A DNA stretch of 64,000 nt from Octopus sinensis (GCF_006345805.1 NC_043012.1:25048001-25112000); one strand, 5' to 3'. Shown: positions 1-11,101, counted from the first letter of the stretch. Numbers and translations: made by a program. The notes: generated by a model from the letters alone, not told the origin.

Positions 1-190
1 CCGGGATGTTTTACATATCCCTCCATCGGAGACGGTGTGAGAAAATGGTTAAGCAATAGTTATTCTAGAGAAGATATGAAGTAGAGAGTGAAGTGGAGGA
101 ATGAAAACAGACGTGAGATACGCAGGAAGATTGTATCTGCAGATCCATTATTTAAGCAGAATGGTATACATACATACAATTTCCGACTAC

Positions 191-252
191 TAAAGCCATG
201 TGAGTGGATTTGGTAGACGGAACTAACAGATGCTCGTCCGTATATAATACAT

Positions 253-310
<58 letters not shown>

Positions 311-632
311 TATATATATAAGTATATTAGATGGTATGTATATATATATATATGTACATGTATGTGTATATATATATATATATTATATGTGTATATATAT
401 ATATATTATATAAGTGTGTGTGTGTGTGTGTGTGATTGTGTGTCTGTGTTTGTCCCCCCAACATCGCTTGACAACCGATGGATGATGTGTTTACGTCCCC
501 GTAAATTAGCGGTTCTGCTAAAGACACCGATAGAATAGTACTACTACGCCTACAAAAAGTAACTCCTCCTGGGGTCTAGTGGCCCGACTAAAGGCGGTGC
601 TCTAGCATGGCCGCAGTCAAATCAATGAAAGA
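191..632 (+). mobile_element. SINE family A, 5'-truncated, with internal (TA)n/(TG)n
   Basis: gtgagtggatttggtagacgg, internal microsatellite, then gtttgtcccccc-aacatcgcttgacaaccgat...ggcggtgctctagcatggccgcagtc; same blocks as copies at 23400 and 63650. Confidence 0.85.
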
Positions 633-999
633 AATAAAATAATAAGTGAATAAAAGAATGCGGATATATCTGTACACACACATATATGGGGAAATATATA
701 TATATGCATATGCATATACACGAATATATATTTATGCATAAGGAACACGACTATGTAAATTGTGTACGGCAGAAAAAATATATATACTCATTTGAGCTAG
801 GAGGCTACCTAAAATCTAGGACGGAAGCCATGGGGATTTGTCCACATTTTCGGAAATGTTTTCTTCAAAATTGGAAAACCTCGCTATCAAGTGAAGGAAG
901 ACAACTAGCCAAGCCAAATTTTTTAAGAGGAATATTTCTTCAACTATTACCGGCATTCTTGTGTTTTTAAAAAACATTCTTTGCTGTGAACAGTTATCG

Positions 1000-1064
1000 T
1001 TTAGAGAAACTGAAGATATGTCGAGTTCACGCTAGATATGAAATCAGTGGATCTTTTTTCTAAA
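1000..1064 (+). ncRNA. Type I hammerhead ribozyme candidate
   Basis: Helix I tttagagaaa/ttttttctaaa (one bulge, one GU); core CTGAAGA 1010-1016; helix II atgtc/gatat; GAAAT 1040-1044; loop cagtgg; ATC cleavage triplet 1051-1053. Confidence 0.6.
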
Positions 1065-1069
1065 ACTCT

Positions 1070-1258
1070 TACTTGACCGCTAGCTACTAAAGCTTTTTTT
1101 TTTTCTTTTTTATTCTCTGTCTGTTTATTTTCTCGTTTTCCTTTCTGTTAAAGAGCGTAGGCTCGGAATGTAAAAGACTTTATCACCTTCCCGAACTTTA
1201 AACTAATACACCTGTTTGTTGTTTACGCACCTGACTTTGTTTTGTAAATTCCAACTAT
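1070..1258 (+). mobile_element. Short Penelope-tail-like repeat with decayed hammerhead at 1141-1176
   Basis: Homologous to 30905-31100; cttt-CTGTTAA-a-gagc(gtag)gctc-GGAAT-GTA-aaag. Confidence 0.6.
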
Positions 1259-1553
1259 ATATATATTATAATATAATATATATAGATATTATATATATAT
1301 ATATAATATATATATACACACACATATATATAAATAATATGGAATATATATATATATCCCGGAAAAACCACCCACACACCCGATATGTCTCCGCAAACAA
1401 TAACTCTCTGCTCGAATGGGCCTTGGTGCCGAAATCCTGAATTGAAAGACTTCACCAGGTGGTGCTATTAAGTTAGACATGGCCTGGGCCAATACTGGCC
1501 AAAACCTCTCTAAGTTTTCTAAGTTATATTTATGCATGTATGTATATATGTAC

Positions 1554-1626
<73 letters not shown>

Positions 1627-2199
1627 TAATTTATATATATACATAGATACGTGTGCGTACGCGTGCGCGCATATTGCCAGAATCATTTGCACGTCGGTTA
1701 CAAAACTATTTTGGAGCATCCTTCTGGATCTTTAACTTTTGAGACCAAGTCCTGCTGAGACTAAGTTTGTTTTTATTCCTTCGGACTCGAGGAAATGAAG
1801 TACCAGACAACTACTGGGGTCGAAGAAATCGACCTGTTCCTTCCTTTACAACATTGCTTACCTTAAAATCTTCAACGGCACGTCGATCCGTTCAGGAAAA
1901 ACGCTGCGATTTCGATCTCTGATATGACATGTAAACCAGCTAAGCGGTCTATTAAGCCCAAGGGTTAAAGAAAAATAAAAGCAAAATCTCTCACTCCCTT
2001 TCTCTCTTTTCTAGCTATTAAATCGTTATGAGGTTACTTGAATTGGCGGAAATAGCAGCCAGAAGACCCCAATTCTCAAAATGCCGTTTTAAGAAAAGAA
2101 AGCATATTGGCTAATAGAGTTGCTGACACAGAAAAGACAGGAAGATCCTAGTGCCAGTGTCACTAACTCTGGTCGATGAGAGCAGAACAGTGTCTAATA

Positions 2200-2200
2200 A

Positions 2201-2284
<84 letters not shown>

Positions 2285-2352
2285 GTGTATCTGTCTGTCT
2301 GCCTCTCCGTTTATCTATGTGTCTGTCTGTCTATCTATCTGTGTTTCTGTGT

Positions 2353-2422
<70 letters not shown>

Positions 2423-2580
2423 GTCTATATGTCTATCTGTCTATCTGTGTGTGTATCTGTCTGTCTGTCTATCTATCTATTTGTGTGTGTGTCTGTCTGT
2501 TTGTCTGCCTGCCTGTCTCCCTGCCTGCCTGTCTATCTCTCTCCCTCTCTCTGTTTCACTCTCTCTTTCTCTCTCTCTTT

Positions 2581-2617
<37 letters not shown>

Positions 2618-2640
2618 CTCTCTCTTTCTCTCTTTCACTC
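2200..2640. repeat. (CTAT)n/(CTGT)n/(CT)n microsatellite complex
   Basis: Visible tetra- and dinucleotide arrays. Confidence 0.95.
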
Positions 2641-3239
2641 TCTCTCATCCTCTTTCCTTTATATACAAACACACCCACACATACACATACACATGTATCT
2701 GTCCATCACGAAATAAAGACACTATCTGAAATGGAAAAGTGAATAATGAAAACAAGAAAAAAATGATTGATGTAATTCTATTAAAATTAAAATAAATGCA
2801 AAAAATAAACAAACAAAAAACTGCAAGAATAAATAAATACTAAAAGAATTTCAAAGTTGTAAAGAAAGTAACATTTTTTGAATGATGAGAACCAAAAACA
2901 TAATAAAATAAAAATAAAAATCCAGTAGTTGGCTGAGCAAGCCTTCAAAACAAGTCGAGATGCAAAGAATTGCAAACAAATGAATTCACCCACAGCAAAT
3001 TCACGAGTAGCTGCAATAGTAATGATAAAATCATAAAACGTAATCACAATGTTTAGACAACGGGCAGATTGAATTGAAGGTGTTTGAATAGATAAAATAA
3101 TGGCGCGCTACGAACAGAAAATCTTGTAATTGATTTCAAAGCTGCTAGTCGAAAGAAAATTTTAAAAGACTTTTTGTTTAATGTAGGGAATGAGTTTAAT
3201 AACAGTTAACAAAAACCAGATATATAATAGTGTCAAATT

Positions 3240-3440
3240 TTGGCACCAGGTCAGTAATTGCGAGGAAGTGGGTAAGTCGATCATATCGACCCCAGTGCTC
3301 AACTCGTACTTATTTCATCGACCTTGAAAAAAAAAAAATGAAACGCAAAGTCGATCGCAGTGGAGTTTAAACTCAGTGATCGTAAAGACGGACGAAATGC
3401 CACGAAGCATTTTGTCCGGCGTGCAAAGCTTCTGCTAACT
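3240..3440 (-). mobile_element. SINE family B, diverged
   Basis: Reverse complement of B consensus (gtcgatcatatcgacccc...tacttatttcatcgacc...caaagtcga...tggagtttaaactcag...gacgaaatgcc). Confidence 0.75.
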
Positions 3441-4062
3441 CAGCTTATTATCATCATTATCATCATCATTATCATCATCATTATCGTCGTCGTCGTGTCG
3501 TCGTCGTCATCATCATCATCATCATCATTGTCCGGTCTTGCTTATTGCCATAACTTGTTCTCTCCAGTCTTTTCGGTTCGCCATTGCAGGCGATAAGTCT
3601 TCTCGGGTACACTAGGAGTCCTCGCACAGTCACTTAGCATAGGTTTGATGTAGCCTACCAACATTAGTGTACCTAAGCTTCGATTTCCAGTGAAGAACGT
3701 CACTGATCTTTTCATCCTTTTCTCTCCGACAATTTTCAGCGAATCTTTGATCTTTCTTTCATAAATGTGTGATATTGGAAGTAAATTACCATAGAGAATT
3801 TCTTCAGCTCGAAGACTTTAGACCTGATAGAATAATGGTACACGAATCAGAAGAGTTTACCTGTGAGGGATATCAAAGCTAGCAACAAAATCTTAAAAGA
3901 AGTTAAAATCAAAAACTTAACGGTGTTATTAATTAATAAAAGTGAGGAAGGTAATTAAAGCAGATGAAATACCAGTAGAAATAACCACATAGTGAATCTA
4001 ATCAAACACATACACACAGACACACACAGAGACAGACAGACAGACACACACACACACCACAC

Positions 4063-4098
<36 letters not shown>

Positions 4099-4136
4099 TT
4101 GTGAAGAAATTATATGTATAAAAATATAATGGGTGC

Positions 4137-4275
4137 GGGCATGGGTGTGTGGTAAGAAGCTTGCTTCCCAATCGCTTGGTTGCAGGTTCAGCCCACTGCG
4201 TGGCACCTTGAGCAAGAGTCGGGCCGACCAAAACCTTGTGATTGGATTTGGTGGACGGGACTGAAAAACCCCATA
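4137..4275 (+). mobile_element. SINE family A tRNA-like head, interrupted at its (TA)n
   Basis: gtgtggtaagaagcttgcttcccaa...ggttcagcccactgcgtggcaccttgagcaag...ggatttggtggacgg. Confidence 0.8.
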
Positions 4276-4340
4276 ATATATTATATATATATATCAGAAA
4301 TACTAAATTTCTGAATCTCTCACTGACCGGTGTCTGCTAG

Positions 4341-4385
4341 TCTAGGCCGACGAAGGACAATCATCCTGAAACACGTGTCCCTAGA
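4341..4385 (+). ncRNA. Minimal type I hammerhead ribozyme (CCGACGA core)
   Basis: Helix I tctagg/cctaga 6 bp; core CCGACGA 4347-4353; helix II agga(caatca)tcct; GAAAC-acgt-GTC; palindrome acacgtgt 4371-4378. Confidence 0.8.
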
Positions 4386-4555
4386 TGCAGCCCGTGCGGC
4401 TGGGGGTATTTGTCTCCCCTTCGTAAATGTATATAAGAACACAGGAAAAATGTGTCAAAGCCAGCAGGAGGCGTCGATGCTTCCTAGGGCTGAACAGGGT
4501 GGTGTACCCCCTACTGTCACGTTCGTGTTAGATTGACAGTATACAACCATTCTAT

Positions 4556-4586
<31 letters not shown>

Positions 4587-4620
4587 ATATACTTGATTAA
4601 AAAGCAGCAAAATATCTCAT

Positions 4621-4662
4621 AACTGTTACTCAGAGTTTCACGTTCCCGTTCGTCGGAGAGTT
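4621..4662 (-). ncRNA. Minimal type I hammerhead ribozyme (CCGACGA core), family shared with 29243/29293
   Basis: Minus strand aactct-CCGACGA-acg(ggaa)cgt-GAAAC-tctga-GTA-acagtt; one C.C mismatch in helix I. Confidence 0.7.
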
Positions 4663-4983
4663 TTGTATAGAATGGAGCAAAAATAAGGTGATTAGCAAAT
4701 ATACAATTAGTTTAATAGATTCACATTTGAAAATTGTTCCTTTCAACTAATGGTCTTTACATTATATTGTGCCGGAGCCTTGCTGAGCTTGGCTGTTTCG
4801 CTCATAAACACACACACATCACCCGGTCTGAGATACGAACCCGCCATCCTTCGACCGCGATTCCTCTGCTCTAACCACCAGCCTATTGTGTCTCCACTTT
4901 GTTCTTATTTAAAAGCTCTAATTATAAAATAACCGTTCAACTTGTTAATGTTTCTTCAAAGTACTTTTTTTTCTTGGTGACAG

Positions 4984-5121
4984 GTGGAGACGTTAGCGGA
5001 TTTTCCATTAAATATCCTGACAATATATTTATTAGTGTTGATCGCCTACACATCTTGCACTTTAATTTGACAGATATATGCCAAGCATGGAAAGCTAATG
5101 ATGTTTTTGCCGACCCTAAAG
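4984..5121 (+). CDS. Candidate internal exon (138 bp, phase 1-1, GC donor), product unrecognised
   Basis: Pyrimidine tract + CAG acceptor (4981-4983); open non-repetitive frame GDVSGFSIKYPDNIFISVDRLHILHFNLTDICQAWKANDVFADPK; donor AAG|GCATGC. Confidence 0.3.
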
Positions 5122-5261
5122 GCATGCATTTCATATAGAGATATAAAGATATTGAGATACAGAGAGTGATAGAACAAAAACATGATGGAGTATGAATATA
5201 GTAATAATACAATAAAAATAATAATAATGCTCACATACACACACAACACACACACACGCAC

Positions 5262-5293
<32 letters not shown>

Positions 5294-5448
5294 ATAATAT
5301 ATATATATATATATACGTATATATACATATATATTTAAATACATACACATAAACATCCCATTTATAATATATATATATATATATATATATCTATATATAC
5401 ATATATATATATTATATAATATATATATTATACACATATACATATAGA

Positions 5449-5670
5449 TTAGGCGGCGAGCTGGCAGAAACGTTAAAACGCCGGGCGAAATGCCTAGCAG
5501 TATTTCGTCTGTCATTGCGTTCTGAGTTCAAATTCCGCCGAGGTCGACTTTGCCTTTCGTCCTTTCGGGGGCGATAAATTAGTACCAGTTACGCACTGGG
5601 TCGATGTAATCGACAAAAATCCATTTGTCTGTCCTTGTTTGTTCCCTCTGTGTTTGGCCCCTTGTGGGTA
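5449..5670 (+). mobile_element. SINE family B (tRNA-derived), full length
   Basis: ggcggcgagctggcagaaacg (A-box-like)...gagttcaaattcc (B-box-like)...gtcgactttgcc...ccccttgtggg. Confidence 0.9.
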
Positions 5671-5672
5671 GT

Positions 5673-5728
<56 letters not shown>

Positions 5729-5761
5729 CATACATTATATGTACATATAATATATAAAGTG

Positions 5762-6010
5762 GTGTGAAGGCGCATGGTTAAGTCGTTTGAGCGTCGAGCT
5801 TACGATCGTGAGGTTGTAAGTTCGAATCCTGGAACGGGCTGCGTGCTGTGTTCTTAAGCAAGTCACTTTATCTCACGTTGCTCTAGAGAAGCCGGTATGC
5901 ATGGGCGGCTGCTGGTTTTCAATAAACAACCTTGCCTGCACTTGTGCCTGGGAGGGTAAATTTCTAGGTACAATCCCAGGGTCAGTCATGAACGAAAGGG
6001 GTTTCAGCAT
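5762..6010 (+). mobile_element. tRNA-headed SINE, C-related subfamily
   Basis: A/B-box-like head (aagttcgaatcc) followed by tgtgttcttaagcaagtcacttta; related copy at 35822. Confidence 0.7.
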
Positions 6011-6539
6011 ATAAAGTGGTTATTGGAGAGAGAAAGAGAGAAAGAGAGAGAGCAAAATTGGGAGGGAGAAAGAAAGAAAGGGAGAGACAAGGGGGAGAGA
6101 AAGAGGAGTATGCTGCTGAGAAGTGTGCTTCTGTTAGATTTTGTTTTATTTATTTAGTTATGCTTCTTAGCCTTGGAATAGTTTGTTCTTTTATTGTCTA
6201 AATGATATATTGAAAATAATACCGTGTTTACAAATAATGATATTTGATTGTGATAACATTAAGAAGAAACAAGTCTCTTTGTCTCTTTTGTGAACGGGGA
6301 AGAAAGAAAGAAAGAAACAGAGTGTAAGAGATAGAAACGAAACAGAACCAAGGAGAAACTAAGATGAACATAAAATGTGTGTATATATGTATATATAAAT
6401 ATGTATGTGTGTGTATGTGTGTATGTATGTGTGTGTGTGTATTTGTATTAAATACGCAGTTAGGCGCATATATCAATATCTATATGTATGTATGTCTGTA
6501 TGCATATATGTATATCTATCTATCTATCCATCTGCCTAC

Positions 6540-6570
<31 letters not shown>

Positions 6571-6585
6571 TAGATATATATATAC

Positions 6586-6644
<59 letters not shown>

Positions 6645-6646
<2 letters not shown>

Positions 6647-6755
6647 GATGTTTTTGCCGACCCTAAAGGCATGCATTTCATATAGAAATATAAAGATATT
6701 GGAGATACAGAGAGTGATAGAACAAAAACACGATGGAGTATGAATATAGTAATAA
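6645..6755 (+). repeat. ~110-bp direct duplication of 5099-5205
   Basis: atgatgtttttgccgaccctaaaggcatgcatttcatatag...ggagtatgaatatagtaata present twice. Confidence 0.9.
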
Positions 6756-6807
6756 TAATAATTATATATATATATATATATGTATATACATATATTCTTT
6801 TTCCATT

Positions 6808-7190
6808 GGTGGAGGCGCAATGGCCCAGTGGTTAGGGCAGCGGACTTGCGGTCATAGGATCGCGGTTTCGATTCCCAGACCGGGCGTTGTGAGTGTTTAT
6901 TGAGCGAAAACACCTAAAAAGTTCCACGAGGCTCCGGCAGGGGATGGTGGTGATCCCTGCTGTACTCTTTCACCACAACTTTCTCTTACTTCCTGTTTCT
7001 GTTGTACCTGTATTTCAAGGGGCCGGCCTTGTCATTCTCTGTGTCACGCTGAATATCCCCGAGAACTACGTTAAGAGTGCACGTGTCTGTGGAGTGCTCA
7101 GCCACTTACACGTTAATTTCACGAGCAGGCTGTTCCGTTGATTCAGATCAACCGGAACCCTCATCGTCGTAACCGACGGAGTGCTTCCAT
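6808..7190 (+). mobile_element. SINE family C (tRNA-derived), full length
   Basis: tggcccagtggttagggc A box, ggtttcgattccc B box, 3' end cgtcgtaaccgacggagtgc shared with 17488. Confidence 0.9.
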
Positions 7191-7204
7191 TTCCCCATTC
7201 TTTT

Positions 7205-7460
7205 TCCTTTTATTCTTTTACTTGTTTCAGTCATTTGACTTCAGCCATGCTGGAGCATCATCCTTAGTCGAAAAAATCGATACCAGGACTTATTCTTTGT
7301 AAGCCTAGTAGTTATTCTATCATTCTGCTTTTGCCTAACCGCTAGGTGACGGGGAACTAAAACTGTCAAGCGATGGTGAGGGGACAAACACAAACACAAA
7401 TAACAAATACATGCATGCATACATACATACATACATACATACATGCATACATATATATAT
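7205..7460 (-). mobile_element. SINE family A 3' half (5' half lies at 9640-9812, split by the Penelope insertion)
   Basis: cttgtttcagtcatttgacttcagccatgctggagca...ggggacaaacacaaacac then (CATA)n/(TA)n. Confidence 0.8.
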
Positions 7461-7580
7461 ATATAGTAGTAGTAACAGAAAAGAGGAATTTCGGTTGCCC
7501 CCACGTGGTGGGTTGTAGTGTATATAAGAAATGAAAAAAGGAAAATACGCACACTTACAAGGTTTTAATATAATTTTTAA

Positions 7581-7617
7581 TATATCGACCGGTTTCGCTA
7601 TCGCTATTCATGATATA
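7581..7617 (-). ncRNA. Minimal type I hammerhead, A3-U8 variant, in Penelope 3' pLTR
   Basis: Minus strand tatatc-ATGAATA-gc(gata)gc-GAAAC-cg-GTC-gatata. Confidence 0.75.
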
Positions 7618-7895
7618 ATGTTTAATTTAATTGAATATATATTTTTTCTTAAGAAGAAATTTGGTCCATGTTGTGTGTGATGAAATTCACGAGCGAATGA
7701 CTTCACAAGTAGGCAAATAAAGGGAGGTAATTGGTTGTTATTATTATTGTTGTGTGTAAGGGAGATAACTGTTCAGGTTTCGGTAATGGGTGGGGAATAA
7801 ATATGTGTACAGAAAAGAGACAGGTTTTAAAAAAAGACCTTGTTTAGTAGGGAATTTATGTACAGTGATGTAATATGTAAAAATATAAAAGTTGG

Positions 7896-9337
7896 TTATG
7901 CGTGCATATTAAGACGTGTTTTGTATTTTTCAATGAAAAAAGTTTCTTTATTTAAGCATTCTAGTTGAGAGATTGTGTCTTTGCACTGGTAGAAAGGGAA
8001 GACTGTGAAATTTGGTTTGATGTTACCTGCACATTTTTCTATGTGTTCACTGAGAGGAATTTGTCTGTATTGCGGAAAACGGATTTTCTCCTTATGCAGA
8101 GTGATTCTCTTTCTCAAAGTTAAACTCGTTTGTCCAATGTACTGATCACCGCAACCCGAGCAGGTTATTACATAAATTAGGTTCTCAGAGGCACAGGTGA
8201 CACTAGTTCTAATTGTGAACCTCTGTCCTTGTTTGAAAAGGAAATCTGAACCTTCAAGCAGGTTGGGGCAGGTTCCACAGTTCGGGCGTCCACATTTTTC
8301 AACCGTTGGTTTCCTTGTTGTTTTGTAAAGCTTCGCATTTGTTAGTAGTCTCTTTAGCGATTTGTCTTGTTTGTTTGCATTTGATGAGTTTGTGTGTTTT
8401 CAGGATGTCGTTCATTTTTGGATCTCTAGTTAGTAAAGGGAGAGTTTGCACAGTAGTGTTGAATGCCTCACTGTTTCTGGGGTTGTGTGTTGATATAAAA
8501 ATTAATGTTTGAGGTGTGGTGCTATGTTTTTTTGTTCTTAGTGTTTCTGTGTCTAATTGTTTGGCAAGTATAATTCCCTCGTCGATAAGAGAGGGTGGAT
8601 ATTGTCTTTCAATAAGTGTTGTTTTGAGGTCTTGAAGACGAAGGTCCCGAGTTGTTCTATCAGACACTATTGTGCAGATCCTTTTTGATAAGTTAAAAGG
8701 GATGTTTATTTTTATGTGTTTCGGGTGGCATGAGTTAAAAAGAAGATATTGTTTTGAATCAGTTGGTTTATAATAAATGTCAGTTATGATTTCATTGTTA
8801 ATTTTTTTTATCATGATGTCTAAAAATGGAAGTTGTTCTTTGTTATATTCCATTGTGAATTGAATTTTATTATTTATGTTATTTATTGTTGTTTTGAACT
8901 CCAAAAGTTTGTCGATGTTCTCCTTCATCAGTCATCCAGGTATCGCTTCCAATTTTCTCTTATGTAGAGGTAAAATGGGTAACAATATTTCTGAAGTGAT
9001 ACTTCATATAAAGTGAATTCAAAATAACCCATTATTAGGTTCGCAAGAACAGGAGCTGATTTCGTTCCCATCGCAATTCCGCATTTCTGACGATAGTATG
9101 TATCATCAAATAGGAAATAATTGTTCTGAAGTATAAATTTTAAGGATTCAATAATAAAGATCAGGTTTATGCGTTCCGGGAGGACTTCGGGGTACTTTTC
9201 CAATCAGAATTTAATTGCTTTTATTCCATAGTCATGGGGGATGTTGGTGTAAAGATTGATAACATCGAGGGTGACCAATACTGCCTCTTCATTAATCGTT
9301 TTTGGTAGGTGTTCTAGCATGTCTAAATCATCCCTAA
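7896..9337 (-). pseudogene. Penelope RT-GIY-YIG ORF broken by stops and frameshifts
   Basis: ORF pieces 8928-9203, 8299-8928 and 7896-8300; stop after YLDD; frameshift near 8300. Confidence 0.92.
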
Positions 9338-9494
9338 TGAACAGTTATCTCCCTTACACACAACAATAATAATAACAACCCATTACCTCCCTTTATTTGC
9401 CTACTTGTGAAGTCATTCACTCGTGAATTTCATCACACACACATGGACCAAATTTCTTCTTAAGAAAAAATATATATTCAAATAAATTAAACAT

Positions 9495-9531
9495 TATATC
9501 ATGAATAGCGATAGCGAAACCGGTCGATATA
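9495..9531 (+). ncRNA. Minimal type I hammerhead, A3-U8 variant, in the inverted pLTR copy
   Basis: tatatc-ATGAATA-gc(gata)gc-GAAAC-cg-GTC-gatata; identical to the 7581-7617 copy. Confidence 0.75.
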
Positions 9532-9599
9532 TTAAAAATTATATTAAAACCATATAAGTGTGCATATTTTCCTTTTTTATTTCTTATATATATATATAT

Positions 9600-9631
<32 letters not shown>

Positions 9632-9639
9632 ATATATAT

Positions 9640-9812
9640 ATACGGCGAGATTCTTTCAGTTTCCTTCTACCAAATCCACTCACAATTTGTGAGTCAAAAG
9701 GCTTTCGCCGGCACGAACCTATAATAGAAGTAACTTGCCCAAGGTACCAAGCAGTGGGACTGAACTCGGAAACATATGGTTTGCAAAGCAAGTTCTTTAT
9801 CACACAGCCACC
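9640..9812 (-). mobile_element. SINE family A 5' half
   Basis: ttctttcagtttccttctaccaaatccactcac...cttgcccaaggtaccaagcagtgggactgaac...cacacagccac. Confidence 0.8.
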
Positions 9813-9986
9813 CCTATATATTTAAGCTAGAGAGATAGATAACTCTCTCTCTCTCTCTGTATATATATATATATATTATATATATATATATAATATATAT
9901 TATATATAAATATAATATACATATATAATATATACATATATATATACATACATATATATATATACATACATATAATATATACATAC

Positions 9987-10033
<47 letters not shown>

Positions 10034-10239
10034 GCATACATATACACACAGATATATACGTATGTATGTATGTATGTATGTATGTATGTATGTATGTATG
10101 TGTGTATGTATGTGTGTATGTATGTATGTATATATGTGTGTATGTATATGTGTATGTAAGTATAGAGTTTTAGGTGTGAAGTATAGAAATTGAATATTCA
10201 GGAAAAAGTCGTCAGAATTTTAGGAAAGAAACCTTTTTA

Positions 10240-10410
10240 TTTCTTCGTTATTAATAGCGCCTTCGCTCGTTTCTCCAAGCTGTCAAGTAAAATTTTGTGA
10301 ATGTACAAACAGCTTGTTCATTTATATAAAACAAATGTCCGTTGGGTTTTTTTTTTTAGAAGAGATCATTGCGTTTATTTGGATTGACGGGAGGTTCCAT
10401 TACAATGGTG
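10240..10410 (-). repeat. Dispersed repeat, diverged inverted partner of 12330-12495
   Basis: ttattaatagcgc...tgtacaaacagcttgttcatttatataaaac...ggttccattacaatgg versus the reverse complement at 12330-12495. Confidence 0.7.
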
Positions 10411-10882
10411 ATGCATAGTTAGGAATATAGATAGATAGGCTGATAGATAGACAGATAGATCGATGGATAGATAGATAGGTCGAGGGAGAGAGAGAGAGAG
10501 AGAGAGAGTAAAGTGGTATCTCCCTTCCTATTCACCATTTATTTATTTATTTAGCCATTTACCATTGTATTGGAATGGCTTTAATGATGGTGACCTCCTC
10601 AAAAAAAAAAAAAAAACAGGTGCGGTTTTGCAGTCTTTTTGCTTTCTTTCTCTCTTCCCCTTCTTTCTTTTTCTCCTCTTTGAGTTATATTTAGAATATA
10701 AAATGTAATCTCTCCCTTCTTCTTTCAAGCATTCAATTTTGGAGAGAATTTTTTTGCTGGAATGTAGTTCTGCATGAAAAATACATTAGTATTATATTTG
10801 CAAACTAAAAAAAAAAAACTATGAATGGTGAATAGGAGGGAGTTTCCCCATTTCTCTCCCCTCTATCTATCTATCTATCTAG

Positions 10883-10933
<51 letters not shown>

Positions 10934-10976
10934 GCTATCTTTATCTATTATATATATATATATATATATATAATAT

Positions 10977-11020
<44 letters not shown>

Positions 11021-11101
11021 CTATATATCTATATCTATATCTATATCTATATCCATATCTATATCTATCTATCTATTTATGTATGTATGTATGTATGTAT
11101 G

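Larger units (their letters stand above)
7521..9590 (-). mobile_element. Penelope-like retroelement (Neptune-like), 5'-truncated, with inverted terminal repeats 7521-7775 / 9338-9590
   Basis: RT motifs LVTLDVINLYTNIP, QKCGIAMGTKSAP, RYLDD, LPFLDIMI; linker CGRPNCGTC; GIY-YIG NLIYVITCSGCGDQYIGQT..LRKRI.LH; ~255-bp inverted copy of the 3' end joined at 9337/9338. Confidence 0.95.

Noticed and set aside
1473-1513. ttaga...ggcc(aatact)ggcc-aaaac-ctc-tctaa hammerhead look-alike
   Set aside because: Helices fit, but the core reads catggcctg and both G12 and G16.2 are missing; too many deviations.
3700-3830. Possible GIY-YIG tail (YERKIKDSLKI) on the minus strand
   Set aside because: One short motif with no supporting upstream residues.
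6808-6885. tRNA genes at the SINE heads (also 17488, 34645)
   Set aside because: A/B boxes present but no closing acceptor stem; sequence continues into SINE bodies.
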